Assembly (NCBI GenBank): GCA_017654855.1
Contig: CM030334.1
Coordinates: forward strand, 1,240,001 to 1,304,000
DNA length: 64,000 nt
Origin: Podospora anserina
Taxonomy: Eukaryota
Reading direction: 5' to 3'
The notes below the pieces were generated by a model, which saw nothing but the letters and a program-made list of their open reading frames with translations, did no database searches and was not told where the DNA came from. The translations under genes were made by a program, and so were the position numbers. Below are positions 24,496 to 37,304 of the stretch, in pieces (position 1 is the first letter of the stretch; every line of letters begins with the position of its first letter).

Positions 24496-25358
24496 TTACA
24501 CCAACCCGTCGTAGAGCGACAGCGCCGACACAATGGTGGCATCCCGCTGCGAGCCTTCCTTGAATTCGTTCATATCAAGGCTGCCGTTCTCATCCTTGTC
24601 CATCATCCTAAAGATTTTGCGGACGCGCTTCTCGGGGGTGTCTTCGTCTTCTGGGAGCTTAACCATGGACCCGACCTAAGTTCGCCTCTGTTAGCCTCTC
24701 CGTGTGTTTTCCTCATGCACCAAATCAAAACATACCATCTTGTAAATCGCCTCCACAATCTTCAACATCTCGTCGTAGCTGATCTTTCCATCGCCGTCGA
24801 TATCGTACAGTTGGAACGCCCAATCCAGCTTGTCCTCCATCTTACCCCGGCTGGTAACACTCAGAGCACAAATGAATTCTTTGAAATCAATAGTTCCTGA
24901 CTTGTCCGTGTCGAATACGTTGAAGACGTAGTCGGCGAATGTGCTTGGGTCACCAAAGGGGAAGAACTGGGCGTAGATCTTTTGGAATTCGCCCTTGCTC
25001 AGCATGCCGCTCGGGCAGTCCTTGAGGAAACCTATTTCGTCTTGTGAGAAGAGAACCAACTACAGGAAGAGAAGAGTGGAGGAGGGAGAAGAAGAAGACC
25101 TACCTCTATACCATTGCTGCAACTCCTTCTTGTCAAAATTGGTTGACTTCTGGAGCTCCTTCAGCTGATCGTCAGGGAGCTTCTTGGACTGCCTGTATTT
25201 CGAGCGCCCCATGTTAGCCCATGTCATGACTTTTGAGTCTTATGATTCCCGATTGAAGGGAATATTCTCCTCTCCTCCCCTCCTCTCCGCCATTGACTAT
25301 TGCTCCCTCCTCCCAGCGCCCAAACTCCAACGAGGAAAAACACTCACAAGTTGCCCAT
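24496..25358 (-). CDS. ncs-1: Neuronal calcium sensor-1/frequenin homolog (EF-hand, N-myristoylated); 4 exons
   Basis: Spliced [85 protein letters not shown]. First exon is 11 nt (25348-25358). Confidence 0.95.
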
Positions 25359-26757
25359 ATTCGCGGTTAGAGACTATTCGAAATCGCCAATCGACGAGAG
25401 AGTATCGAAGATGCCGCGCTGGTTATCGCCGACAGGAAACCAAATCGAAGGAGGGGTTTGCGACAGTCTCTTGTCTAGGTCGAACAAGTGGGCAGCTCAA
25501 TTGCTCAATCGGGCGATGGGTTCGTCTGGCGGCAGTGCTGGTGGGTGGACAGTGCGGGCAATGCGAAGCGGGGGGTTCAGTTTGTAAGCCAGTTCAAGAA
25601 ACAGCAATGACAAGAAAAAGGCAAGTCTGCTTTGCGAAAACGGAGAGGAGGATTTTGCAAAATGGGTTATGGCTTGAAGACGGAGTCTCGGGGAAGGGAA
25701 AACAGATTGGAGCAAAAGCCAAAGCAAAAGGCGAGGCGAAGGCGGCCGCGGCGGGAAAGTGACGACTACTGCGGCAGTCCAGTCCAGTCCTCTTTCCTGG
25801 GCTTGGGCTTGGGCTTGGAGGGGGGGGGCCGTTGCCCGCTCCCGCCCTGAAGCATGGTGGTTTGGCGCACGGTCACTTGCACTGTACGGACAACTTACTC
25901 TTGGGCTCTCGCTGTTACACCATGGGTGCTTCGCTTTGCCTTGCCTTACCTTGTGCCTGCCTATAGTCTGAATCTTGTCAGCTTTGCTGCATACCATGAA
26001 TCTGCTCCGCCCCCTTTTCCATTCTTCATCACATGGGCAACCTCGATATGGCGTGCTGTTTTGACCTTACCTACGTCAGAAGCACACTGTGAGGCAGCAT
26101 AGGTACATTTGTGAGAGATTGCCCCTCCCTTCCGGTAATTGAGGGGCACAGTACCAAACACCACCAAACAAGCTGCAAAAGAGTAGGTATGAACCTTCGA
26201 GAAACACATAAAACTGTCAGGGAGGCCAACCATGTCCTCTCCGTGTTTGTTGCACAGACAGGCGGTAGACCACAACGGCCAGGCAGCTCTTGGTCTCTCT
26301 ACTGGGCGCAGCAACAACAGGCCCTTCTTATCTAGTTTGACTTCTCCCTTCCTCAGCCTCCATGTTTGATAACAGGCCACCTCAGCTCCCTCAAATCAAT
26401 CGAGAGCCTCCTCCCATCATCTTCATCACCGTCTCTTCCACAATCCCGCACAGTCTAGAACCACAACCCTTCTCACCGTTCCTTTTTCGAGAGAGGGGTG
26501 ATTTGCTTACCTAAGGGGGGCAGTGCAAACCCGCCAAGGAACCCCCAACCACCACTCGATAAACCGCCATGTTCCCCCCTCCTCAAACTATCTATGCCGC
26601 CGCGCAAGAGCCAGAAACCATAAACTAGGGAGCCAAACTCTTTTTACCTTCTCAGTTCAGGCAGGCCTCTCGTCATAATCGAACCCCTGAAAAAAAGCTT
26701 GACTCTAGCAATCTCACCCAGGTACCACTCACTCTGACGTAGCTGTGTACGTACACA

Positions 26758-26939
26758 TGTCGGCGCTCGGTATACAAAACCATAAGCAAGCGAGGGGTGC
26801 TCGGTCTTGATGGGAACAGTGGCCTGCGTACGGAGCGGCCCGGATCGGCATCGCATCCGGTGCCCCTTGGTAGCTAGGGGTGGATGGCCGAGACCGACCG
26901 ATGCCGACCCTGTGTTCCTGGCAGCTGACCCTGCCGACA
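26758..26939 (+). ncRNA. Candidate structured RNA element, family unknown
   Basis: Several nested complementary segments in intergenic DNA (see findings). No known-family signature recognised; strand inferred from G-U pairs. Confidence 0.3.
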
Positions 26940-27301
26940 CACACACATACACCATCCTAGTAGTATGACATAGCACCTCTACATGAAGCCATTGTTCCAA
27001 AATGAAAGAAATGCTTATTGAACAGTGATGATAACATTCAACAACAACAAAAGCTAGAAAAGAGCCTGCTATGCACAAGAGAACCTAGTCAACCATTTCA
27101 ACATGCTCCTTTCCTTCCCTACACGATTTCCCCAATATTTCCCATCTCTTTTTTGGTTCCCTATCATCCATCCACCCACCTCCCAATCCCAACCCCCTCT
27201 TTTATGTTGTATGTGTGTTGTGTGCCAAGGGGGGGAATAAAAGAAAAAAAAATGTTAAGAAAGGGGGGATAAAACGGGGCAAGTGTAAATACAAACTTTG
27301 A

Positions 27302-27350
27302 ATAACAACAACAACAACAACAACACCAACAACAACAAAACCAACAACCA
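27302..27350. repeat. (CAA)n microsatellite
   Basis: Imperfect ACA/CAA tandem run downstream of the CDC45 stop. Confidence 0.8.
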
Positions 27351-27470
27351 AAAAAAAAGAAAGAAAGAAAAATGCCTGCCTGCCTGCCTTCTATAGGTTA
27401 ACAAAAACAACACACGCTACCGCCCCTATGATGATAACACCTCCCATTCATCCCTTCCTTTTTGTTCCCT

Positions 27471-30131
27471 CTAACCCACCACAGCCTTCATACTCAAACT
27501 CTCCAAAAACCCACTCAAATCCTCCTTCTTCACCTCCACCACACAATGCTCAAAACTATCAATCCTCACCCTCGCATTCGTCTCAGCCACTACATCCTGA
27601 AACGCCGTCCCAAATCTATTGAGCCCATACCCCCTCTCCCTCGTCTCATCCTCCTCATCCTCACCATCATCCTCATCCTCATCCTCACTGTCCTCATCAT
27701 CCTCTTCACTGTCCAACTCCGACCCATCATCATCCTCCTCTTCATCTTCCCCCCCCTGCTTTCTCCTCTGCTCCCTCTCCCTCCTCTTCGCCGCCTTCTT
27801 CTCCTCCCTCATCCTCTCCTTAACCTTCCTCGCCTCTTCCCTAACCCTAGCCTTCTCCTCCCTTTCCTTCACCTTCTTCTTCTGCGCCTCCTTATCCAAA
27901 AAAATCGTATCCGGACCACCACCCCCTCCCGTCCCAACAACAACATACACCCCGCGCTTCTCATCCAGACTAGCCACAACAAGCGGCGTTCCCCTGCCGC
28001 CCAACGCCAGCCTCCCCGTGGCATCCTTTTCTTGCTCCGCCAGCGCCTCCCCAATCCACAACGCCAGTTTTGTCAACGCACCCGGGTGGTTAAACAGCTG
28101 GCTATCCGGCGAGTCCTTCACCACGCACATCCGAAACGCGCGCAAGTGCGAGATTTGCTTCTTTTTGAGAATCGTCGTCCCGGTGGTAAAGATGGCTTTG
28201 TGAAGGAATTGGGCCGTTGGCAAGCCAGCCTTCAGCGACTCAATATCCTCGAGAGCGTCGTAAGCAGCCCAGAAACGTGGCAGCCATTCCTCCGAGGGGG
28301 CCGTGGCAGTCGACATCTCCATTAAATCTTGCGACGGACCGTCATTGTTGCTGGAAGAAGCCTCGGGGCTGTTCTGACCTACTTCCAAAAGGGCGCCAAT
28401 GACAACACCGACGTCTTGCGCCGAGAGCGTGGCACGCCACCCCCAGCTCCTGACGAAACCCCAGGAGTCCTTCGCGCCGCCGCGGTCTTTCCCGTCCGTA
28501 TCGATAGTGGGGACTAGTTCGTCGAGGTTGTAGAGGGAGGCATACTTGAGGAGCTTCGACCGGAGCTCCCGCTTCAGCGTCATGTCCATGTGAGTGTACG
28601 ATTGCTTACACTGCACCAGACTGACCCCCATCTTGGCGAGGAGCTTATGCAGACGCTTCAAGCCAGTCTCGCTCCAGGTCTTCAGCCGTGAGAAGAGATA
28701 CGGCGAGTGGAGCATGCTATCGTACAGGCTCCAGTGACGAATCAACAGGAACTTCGGCTCGGGCGACAGACGGATGCTGGTGTCGTCTGGACTTCGGGCC
28801 GTGGTGGGAATGATGCCACTGTTCTCCGGGACGGCTCCCCGGCCAATTTCTGGGGGGTTCAGACGACGGACTTCGTCGCGCAGGAGCTGTCGTATCCTGG
28901 CACCGCGCATGCCTAGCCAGCCAGAGGCTGGGCGGGCTTCGCCGGTGCGGACTGGGGCTGCGATGCCGGCTGAGGAGCGGCCGTAGAGTTCCATAGAGGT
29001 GACTCCGACAATGGTGAGCCAGAGGAGGTCGTTGTCTTCACGACCGAGTTCTGAGGCCAGAGAGTACATCATGGAGGAGATGGGTTCCGAGTAGGCGGTA
29101 CCGAGTCGGTAGTAATCTCTGAGGATCGTCTCGTTTTCGCGCCGTAACCGCAGCAGCCTTCGCCGAAGTGTCCTTGCGGACGGTCCTTTTATCGGCTGGG
29201 CCGCGGTGGGCGGATCTGCTGGGTCGCTGCTAAAGACCGGCCCGTCGTCTCGGAGTGATATGAGTCCTCGTTGTGCTGGCCGTCGGGGGGAGTCTGGAAT
29301 AGGAGTCGACTGTATCATGTTAGCATTTGGGCTTTACTAATACCCACAGAAAAGACATACGGAATTACTCCTCCGTTTTTGCCTTGGTCTATCATCATCA
29401 TCCTCGTCGCTGTCGTCCTCAAAGTCCCAGGATTTTCGCTTCTGACCAGCTCGAGGCACCGCTGAGCTTGGTAGCTCGCCGACCTCGCTTTCCTCGTCAC
29501 TGCTTCCTCCAAGATCCTCCCCGTCATCCTCAATTTCCGGCATGTCCAGCAGAGCAAGATAGGCGCCCTTCTCCTTGACCAAGTGTTCCTCAATATCACC
29601 ATCGTCCATGACAATGATTCCTCCCTTGCCCGGCTTGTAGTTATGTTCGATTTGGCCAGCCTTGACCCCACGCGGGGTCCTGGCTGAAAATGTCGTCGCA
29701 TCCTCCGTCTCGGGTTCTAATGGAAAGCCACCAAAGACATTGGACAGGTTCCAAGGCCTATGAGAATCGGCCACCCAAACCTCAACACCACCAAACGTGT
29801 TTTCTTCCCCTTCGGGTTCCAAGCCCAAGGCACTTCCCAGATCAGCCATACCACCAACACCCAAGCATACCACCACTCCACCGGCACCGCCCCTCGTTTC
29901 CATCATGGGACTGACGAGCTCTTGTCCAATGCGCTCCAGGTCGGCATAGCCTGCCACAGGCTGGATCTTGTGCGGGATATAGTCATGTTTGAAGAGACGC
30001 GTGAGAATTCGGCAGGCGCAGAGCGCATCGGGTTCGAGGGCTACAAGCACGAGAACAGGTGGTGAGAGGGGGTGTCGAGTGGCCTGCAGATGCAGATATA
30101 ACTTCGATATGAGTTCCCTAGGAAGATACAT
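27471..30131 (-). CDS. CDC45: DNA replication initiation factor Cdc45; intron 29310-29360
   Basis: LVALEPDALCACRIL, DSHRPWNL, LLWLTIVG, LIRHWSLYDSM, LLAKMGVSL, NRFGTAF..IDSFEHCVVEV..FLESLS. Confidence 0.95.
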
Positions 30132-30149
30132 GGCGAAGGAAGAAAAGGT

Positions 30150-30580
30150 AACGCGCTGCTAATTTTGCTCGGCGACGGAGAAATTGCTGACGGGGAGCCT
30201 CTAGGAGAGAACGCGAGATTGTTGTCCCTTGGTTGGTTGATTATACCCAGATTTCGTCCGCTATAAAATCGACCGCGCAGTGCCCCGCGGGCGAGGGAAG
30301 GGCGCGATCGAAGAGATTGTGGACCTTCAGGGCGAGAGAGATTAGGTGAGTATGATAGTAGTAAGAATAAGAATTCGAAAGCGACTTCAGACTTGGTACA
30401 ATAAACGGCAGCAACGCTCTGGCTCTGCTGAAATCTTGCAACAGACAACAGACAAACAAGCAGGCGTGTATCGGTGGTGTTGGTATTGGTGTTGGTGTTG
30501 GTTGCCCATTAATTGGAATATAAGTGGAGCGCTGTTTATCGAGGCCGAGACTCTGCAAGACGCGCTTCGACAACCCCCCA
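30150..30580. promoter_or_regulatory. Cluster of ACGCG (MCB-like) cores upstream of CDC45
   Basis: ACGCG near 30151, 30211, 30560 and 30583. This fits G1/S (MBF-type) regulation of a replication gene, but none is the full ACGCGT. Confidence 0.35.
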
Positions 30581-30859
30581 GGACGCGACTTGCACCGCGG
30601 GACACACAGTACTAATTTTATGAGGTGGACTGTGCTTCCATCTCGTCAGCAAAAAAGGCTTGTGCAACTCCAAATGCGCACGGACCAGCTGATAATTGCC
30701 TGCCGCTAACATCCCTCACCTCTCACCTCTCACCTTCCACACCACCCCTCTCGCCGATACCACACCACCTCTCACTGCCAGCTGGCCCATGCCCCGCTCG
30801 CTCTACTGTACTTGTGACAGCCCCCTTGCAACGCCAAGTGTTCCTCTCCCAACCTCAGT

Positions 30860-30898
30860 AGCAAGCAGAGCAGCAAGCAGAGCAGCAAGCAGCGCAGC
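30860..30898. repeat. Short tandem repeat, 12-bp unit AGCAAGCAGAGC x~3
   Basis: agcaagcagagcagcaagcagagcagcaagcagcgcagc. Confidence 0.7.
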
Positions 30899-32186
30899 CA
30901 TTGGGGTGACCTCCTTGTTTGTTTCATGAACCACTGACCGCTTCTTTTCCTCTTAGACGATATACGACACATGGCATCTTCCGCCCATCGGATCGGTTCG
31001 GGGCGTCGAGTGAGTGGGCGTGAGGTTTCATTGCTGCTCCCTCAGTCCCGCTATCCCACATGATGGGGAGCTGGGACACACCGTGACACCTTTACACCAC
31101 TCTCTGGTCACTTGTCGTGGCATCTAAGACAACAAGCACGCGCTTGCCCCAATGGGAGAATTTATTTTTCTGGTACTGTAGGAGCTGTCGCTGATCGAGA
31201 ATTTGGAAATTGGGGTGTTACCGGCGCCTTGGAACTCAACCTACAAGTCAAGTCCCGACACTACGGACGAGCTTCCCCCCCTTCCCCGCCCCATCTCTCC
31301 AGACGGCTGGGATGGCTCATGCTGGATGCTGAGCAGAAAGCCAACGGGACACTGCTTCCCTTCCGGAGAGCTGGGTGCTGCCAGCTGCGTGTGCCGTCCA
31401 GCGGCATTTCCAGCAAATGGTCGAGATGCAGCCATGGCGTTCTTCTCATGCAAGCACATGCCGCCATCTGCCAGGACACCTCATGGCCGCCCTTGATTGG
31501 CCCCTGTCCCACTCGGCACCGCCCAGAACCCACAGAAACCCACACAACCCACCGCTTCACGGCCTCCACCCTCACCACGGATTGGATCATTTCAACTGTG
31601 GGTGAGAGAGGGTGAGAGGTACCTTTTACGCTTCACGCCGGTACCACTGGTACAACAGCCTGGCGAATGGCAAAGGTCTGGAAATATTTCCTGGATCCCG
31701 TCCTTGGTCCTTCCCTCGAGCTGTCCGCCTCTGTGTCCCTTCCGTCAACATGTACATCTCATTTTTAGCTGCTTGGTCCGTCGGCCTCGCTTCTCTTGGC
31801 TGCCAGCCATGACTGGCCATTTTTGCCCCGAGTGCCCCGGCCTTGTCTTCTCCTCCCGGCGTTCTCTCTTTTTCTCCTGACGTCTTTATCATGCTCCTCT
31901 CCTGCTCCTGCTTCTTCTCCTCCTAGCTACCTGTCTGCTCGTCCATTGAGCAATGGCACGCTTCTTTTGACTTCTCAAGAGAGAGTCAGCTGCCTCTAGA
32001 CGCTATCATTTCACACATTGCTCGCTGTCAAACCTACGATATCCACTTCCCGAATTCCCCTTGCAAGTTCCGCTTCCCCAGAAAAAAAAACGGTCACGAA
32101 ATATGCTCTTGGCCAGTCCACTTGCGCCTCAAAATTCTTCCCTGATCGAACAAGTCTCTGGAGACCATCCCCGAGCCCGAACCTGA

Positions 32187-33314
32187 ATGCAGGCGGCAGG
32201 CACTTCTGGTACTGGAATGGAGGAAAACGGGGTCATAGAACCACTGCCTGATGAGGAGTTTGGGAGAGAGGTGACATCAGATTATGACCCAAGCGATACC
32301 GAGACCACCTTTGGCTCCCTGACGTCGAGCGTCACGGGTCATGTGTGGGAGTACGGCAGACGATACCATGCTTTTCGATATGGCCGGTACCCCTTACCCA
32401 ACGACGACGAGGAGTACAAGAGAGAGTCTCTACGACATGCCATGCTGAAGGAGCTCCTGAGGGGCAAGCTCTACCTTGCGCCCATCGGAGATAACCCGCA
32501 AAAGATCATCGATCTTGGCACGGGGTTTGGAGAATGGGCCATGGAGAGTATGTTTGGAGAAATTCCTTTGGAGGGGTTCGGGCTAACGTCACGTCGCAGT
32601 GGGCGAGCTTTTTACCGGTGCCAAAGTTACAGGAGTCGACTTATCGCCGATTCAGCCACTATGGGTTCCCTCTAATGTCGAGTTCATCGTGGATGACATT
32701 GAAGACGAGTGGGTGCACGATCAGGATTACGATTTCGCGCACTTTCGGTTCGTCAACACGGTGTTGAAGAACAATGAACTTGTGCTTCACAACATTCTCC
32801 AGTAGGTATTGTGATGGTTTTTCTTGACGGGGTCACGAAATGCTGACGAGCCAGTACAAGGAATCTCAGGCCGGGCGGCTGGGTGGAAATCCAGGATGTT
32901 TACCCCCGGATATCGTCAGACGACAACACACTGCCCGAAGACTACCCGCCCGCCAAGTTTTACTCGCTGCTTCAAGGCGTTCTCAAGGACCAGTACGGCT
33001 TCGACCTCAAGGTGCTGGAGAGCCTTCCCGACCACCTACAGCGGCTCGGCTACGTCAACGTGCAGCGGAAGGTATTCCACATGCCGCTGGGTGAATGGCC
33101 CAAGGATCGGCATCTCCGAATGCTGGGTGGCTGCTTCCAAGAAGTCTTTCTCGACTTTGTCGCCGCCATGGCGGCCCGTCCGCTGGTGGAGGCGGGATTC
33201 GACAAGGCCGACATTGAGGAGCTTGTCGTCGGGGTCAAGAACGCCGTGGGAAATAGGCGAATTCACGCATATGTCCCCATCCACTTTGTCTGGGCGCAGA
33301 AACCACCAGTATGA
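32187..33314 (+). CDS. SAM-dependent methyltransferase (LaeA/TdiE-like family); 2 introns (~32548-32599, ~32802-32860)
   Basis: EYGRRYHAF..YPLPNDDEE..LYLAPI..IIDLGTGFGEWA..GVDLSPIQPLWVPSNVEFIVDDIEDEW..NLRPGGWVEIQD..VWAQKP. Confidence 0.9.
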
Positions 33315-33952
33315 CGGAGGCCAATCTCTTGCCGGCTATCAAAGCTCGAGCAATCGAGATCCAGCACCTACCCGGCTGCGCCCCCAAAACTAATATCGAG
33401 AGGGATTTCTCGAAGGGGCAATGCTACACGAACTATTGACGAAGATTCCAAAGACTTGAAGAACCTCTAGGGCCCTGGCCAATGGGAGGTACATCTGGCA
33501 ATATGGCGGGTTGGGAAAGTTGCCGAGATAAGAGACGGCATGCACGACTCCAACGATTCGCCGAAGACAAGTCAATCGAGCTGTTTGGGGCATGCAGATG
33601 CAAGCTTGTCTCTGGCCCGCCCGCTTCCTCCTTCCCAGCTATAGGGGGGAAGTGACAGCGCGGGGGGTTGAAGACGCCAAGCGCCTGCAACGCTGCTGCT
33701 TTGCGGAGAAACTCGCCGTTTTGGAGAGGGAGGGGGAGAGATATATAAACTGTCAGTTATCATAGCGGGACAGACACATCATACAAGCGGTGAAGTTCAC
33801 TGGGGTGCTCTCGTATTTTGACCTGTTAGGTTGAGATGCTGTAGAAATAATAATAGGATGAAGCATCACTTTATGACTGTACACTCGACTTTTTGGGGAC
33901 TTGTAGGATTTGATCCCAGTCGTGACTGCTCGAATGGGAACTCTGTACCGAG

Positions 33953-33993
33953 GTAGGAATGGCGGCTCGAATAGGAATGGCGGCTCGAATAGG
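33953..33993. repeat. 18-bp direct tandem duplication
   Basis: TAGGAATGGCGGCTCGAA x2 followed by TAGGA. Confidence 0.75.
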
Positions 33994-34906
33994 AGGGGCA
34001 TAGGTCGCAGTCACGGCTTGAAAAGTGTGGAATCACTCGACAGGTGTAGCAAATGTACGTCTGGATGGGAACCAGTTACAGGGGTGATCTGGGCCTTGAA
34101 TATGATGTGGAAAGAGGTGCAGATGTCGATCGGGGAGATGTGAAAATGTCAGGTAGGTGTTTGTAGGGAATGCTGCCTTCGCAAAGTGGTGACACTGGGG
34201 GTAGGTTATCACAGAGGGTTGTACGGCGGGAAGTACTGGACATGCTGTGGTGTTACTGTTACTGAGTCTTTTTTGTTTATGTGCCGATATCGTAGACGCT
34301 GTGTAGCCCTATTTCATGGTCATTGGAGCATCTCATCTAGGACAGGCTGCGTAAATGTGTACTTCTTTCCATGTCCAACCGGCATTCTACACTGCTATCC
34401 CTTCAAACAAGAAGACGACCAAACTTCACTGCTAGTAAATGTAAATGGAGCAAAACGATACCGCACCTCATGGTATCTGAGGATGAGTATGTTGAGGTAT
34501 GCGCGTGATCTGATCCAGGCTCCAACTGGAGACCTTCAGCGTGTTAGACTGACGTGATAGCCAACTACACCATCGGACCTAGGCAGTTCTGATGTGGTGC
34601 AGATGTTGGGAATTTAAGTTTTTGTGTTGGAAGAGATGGGGAGTTTGTTAGCAAGAGAGAGGAGAGAATATTGAGGGTTTTTGAGTGAAGATGTGCCAGG
34701 GACGGACAGTGAGATCTACTGTGTACCTAATTGGTAGTGTTTGTAAGTGCGCGTGCGCTACCAGGACAGTGCAGATGGGGTTGTCCCACTGTCCAGTATT
34801 CACCACCCTCTCACGACAGGCTTTCATAGGTATCTAGGTATTCAACTTATTCCCTATACAACAATCACCCTTCACACCACAATTTGGGAGTCGACTTGAT
34901 GCTGGG

Positions 34907-36814
34907 ATGGAGAAGGAAGAGACTGATGACCCGTTGAGAAAACTGCTCGATCATGGCAGCAGCTTCATTTCCCGTTATTACTCCCACTATGAGGAATCCG
35001 CTCCCATTTTAGAAGGATGCGGAGAGCCTCTCGTCGAGCTACTGGTACGACAGGCTCGGTTGATGAGCATGGCAACACCCGACCACGACCTGATCAAACG
35101 ACGGTTGGACGACATCCTATCCGCGTCCTACAATAAGTTTTATGCTTACTTGTATAAAGACCTGCCGCCATGTTGGAGGCTTCTGTATACCGAGGCTGCT
35201 ATCCTCAAGTTCTGGGTTCTGGTGTTTGAGTGGGCGCGGAGTCGGCAGCCGGAACTGATCCGGAAAAGGGTTTGGGACAAAATGGAGTGGGAGGACTTTG
35301 AGCTTGACACTCCGGCGCGAAGGGAGGAAGTTCATGAGATGAAGGCACGTTTTGAGAAGCAGCCAAAGGGAACACCGCCACGGAACCTGGGTTCGGCAGT
35401 GTGGCATCAGCTAATGCAGCTCTCCATGCGGACGGAAGTAGGAGGTGTGCATGTTCGGCGGAGCCGGGAGGCGAGCAGTCGAATTCGGGAGAGACTGCAG
35501 GAATGGCAACGACGGAATGAGCAAGAAGACGGCCAACAGGGGCCAGAGCAACAGCAACAAAAACGGGAGCGAGAGGAGGAACTTCTCAATGATATGGTCA
35601 AAACCTTGGATCTTGCCTTGATCCTGGCCGGCGGTGGAGGAAAACATGATGAAATTCACGGTTATGTAGCCTTACTGGAGAGGGCGGCATCCCTGCCCAG
35701 CAACGACAACAGTCCGGACAAAATCAGCTCCAAACCATCAGAAAGCGAAACCCCTAGGCAGGACCCTTCCCTGGGACGCACACGCACAACATCACTCACC
35801 CAACCACCAACCAAACGAGCAAGGCTATCACTCCCCCCTCCCACCAACCCCTCATCAACAATCGATGGCTGGCTCCCCCTCAACGCCTCAGGAGAGCTCG
35901 TCGGCCCCGTCGCCATTTCTGATGTACCTCCTGTCAACACCCAACAACAAACACCCATCATAACCCAAAAACCACCCAACTGGTCCTCCCACCCCTCCTT
36001 CTCCCCCTACGAACCCTTCACCCCCCCAGTAACCTCCCCGATCCCCCGCCTCCCCTCCCCCTCCCTCGCAACCTTCCAATCCCACCTCTCCTCCCCCACC
36101 CCCCAACCCCTAATCCTCACCAGCCTCGTCCCCAGCTGGCCAGCTCTAGCCGCCCACCCCTGGTCCAAACCCTCCTACCTCCTCTCCCGCACCTTCTCCG
36201 GCCGCCGCCTCATCCCCGTCGAGATCGGCCGCTCCTACGTCGACGAAGGCTGGTCGCAGAAAATCCTCCCATTCTCCGAGTTCCTCTCCACTTACATAAC
36301 TTCCCCTTCCGAGTCCAAAGGCTATCTCGCCCAACACCAACTCTTCGCCCAACTCCCCCAACTCCGCAGCGACATCACCATCCCTGACTTGTGCTACACC
36401 TCCCCGGCGAACCGTCCCGACGGAACACCGGAGCTGGAAGAACCAATGCTGAACGCCTGGTTTGGCCCTCCAGGGACTATTACCCCTTTACATACAGATC
36501 CGTACCATAACCTTTTGGTGCAGGTTGTGGGCAGGAAGTACGTGAGGCTGTACCCCCCTGGAGCTGGCGTCAAGAGACGAGGGGAGGAAGCGGGGGTTGA
36601 CATGGGGAACACGGCTGCTTTTGATGTGGGTGTGCTTGAGGGGTGGGATGAGGCGACCGGAGAGGGGGGGGATGAAGAGGAAAAAGAGTTTAAGAGGCTG
36701 GAATATGTCGACTGCATACTCGAGCCCGGGGAGACGTTGTACATACCCGTGGGGTGGTGGCATTATGTGAGGGGGCTGAGTGTGAGTTTCAGTGTGAGCT
36801 TTTGGTGGAATTAA
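34907..36814 (+). CDS. JmjC-domain 2-oxoglutarate oxygenase, JMJD5/KDM8-like, intronless
   Basis: [73 protein letters not shown]; the HxD..H triad is intact. Confidence 0.9.
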   Translation: MEKEETDDPLRKLLDHGSSFISRYYSHYEESAPILEGCGEPLVELLVRQARLMSMATPDHDLIKRRLDDILSASYNKFYAYLYKDLPPCWRLLYTEAAILKFWVLVFEWARSRQPELIRKRVWDKMEWEDFELDTPARREEVHEMKARFEKQPKGTPPRNLGSAVWHQLMQLSMRTEVGGVHVRRSREASSRIRERLQEWQRRNEQEDGQQGPEQQQQKREREEELLNDMVKTLDLALILAGGGGKHDEIHGYVALLERAASLPSNDNSPDKISSKPSESETPRQDPSLGRTRTTSLTQPPTKRARLSLPPPTNPSSTIDGWLPLNASGELVGPVAISDVPPVNTQQQTPIITQKPPNWSSHPSFSPYEPFTPPVTSPIPRLPSPSLATFQSHLSSPTPQPLILTSLVPSWPALAAHPWSKPSYLLSRTFSGRRLIPVEIGRSYVDEGWSQKILPFSEFLSTYITSPSESKGYLAQHQLFAQLPQLRSDITIPDLCYTSPANRPDGTPELEEPMLNAWFGPPGTITPLHTDPYHNLLVQVVGRKYVRLYPPGAGVKRRGEEAGVDMGNTAAFDVGVLEGWDEATGEGGDEEEKEFKRLEYVDCILEPGETLYIPVGWWHYVRGLSVSFSVSFWWN

Positions 36815-37304
36815 TTAGATGGCATAAGTGCTGGGGTGGGTTGTGAATAGATCCAAAACAGGAGGGGCTGTTGATCGATGAGAGAGGAGAGAAGTAGTTT
36901 TGTATCAAGGATACCACACAGCGAAACCGCCGCATGAAGCAGCATGTTAGAAGATGACTTCTCAAGTCAATCCCCTTGACAGCATCACCCTCTCCCCCCT
37001 CTCTAACCCTTCCATCTTATTCACCATCAGCTTCAACACACTCGCTCCAACATCTCCCGAATGCTGTCAAAAACAAAACAAGGCGATTTCGATATCGGTC
37101 ATATCTGATGGTAGTACACTGTATTGCATAATGTTACAAAAGATCCCTCCATCAGCTCGTCACTTCCCCCAACTTCAAGATCTTTATTTTTCGTTCCCTT
37201 CATTCACATCATTGGGTATCTGTTTTCCCTTTTTTTCTTCTCCCACCATTCCCCATTCCCCATTCCCCCCTCAATCCCCCCTTCTATTCCCTCCCCGCGG
37301 CGCC

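Noticed and set aside
26625-26650. AAAGAG-TTTGG-CTC on the - strand, resembling telomerase RNA P6.1
   Set aside because: I found no TAACCCTAA-type template in the intergenic interval on either strand, and the stem is too short to be significant alone.
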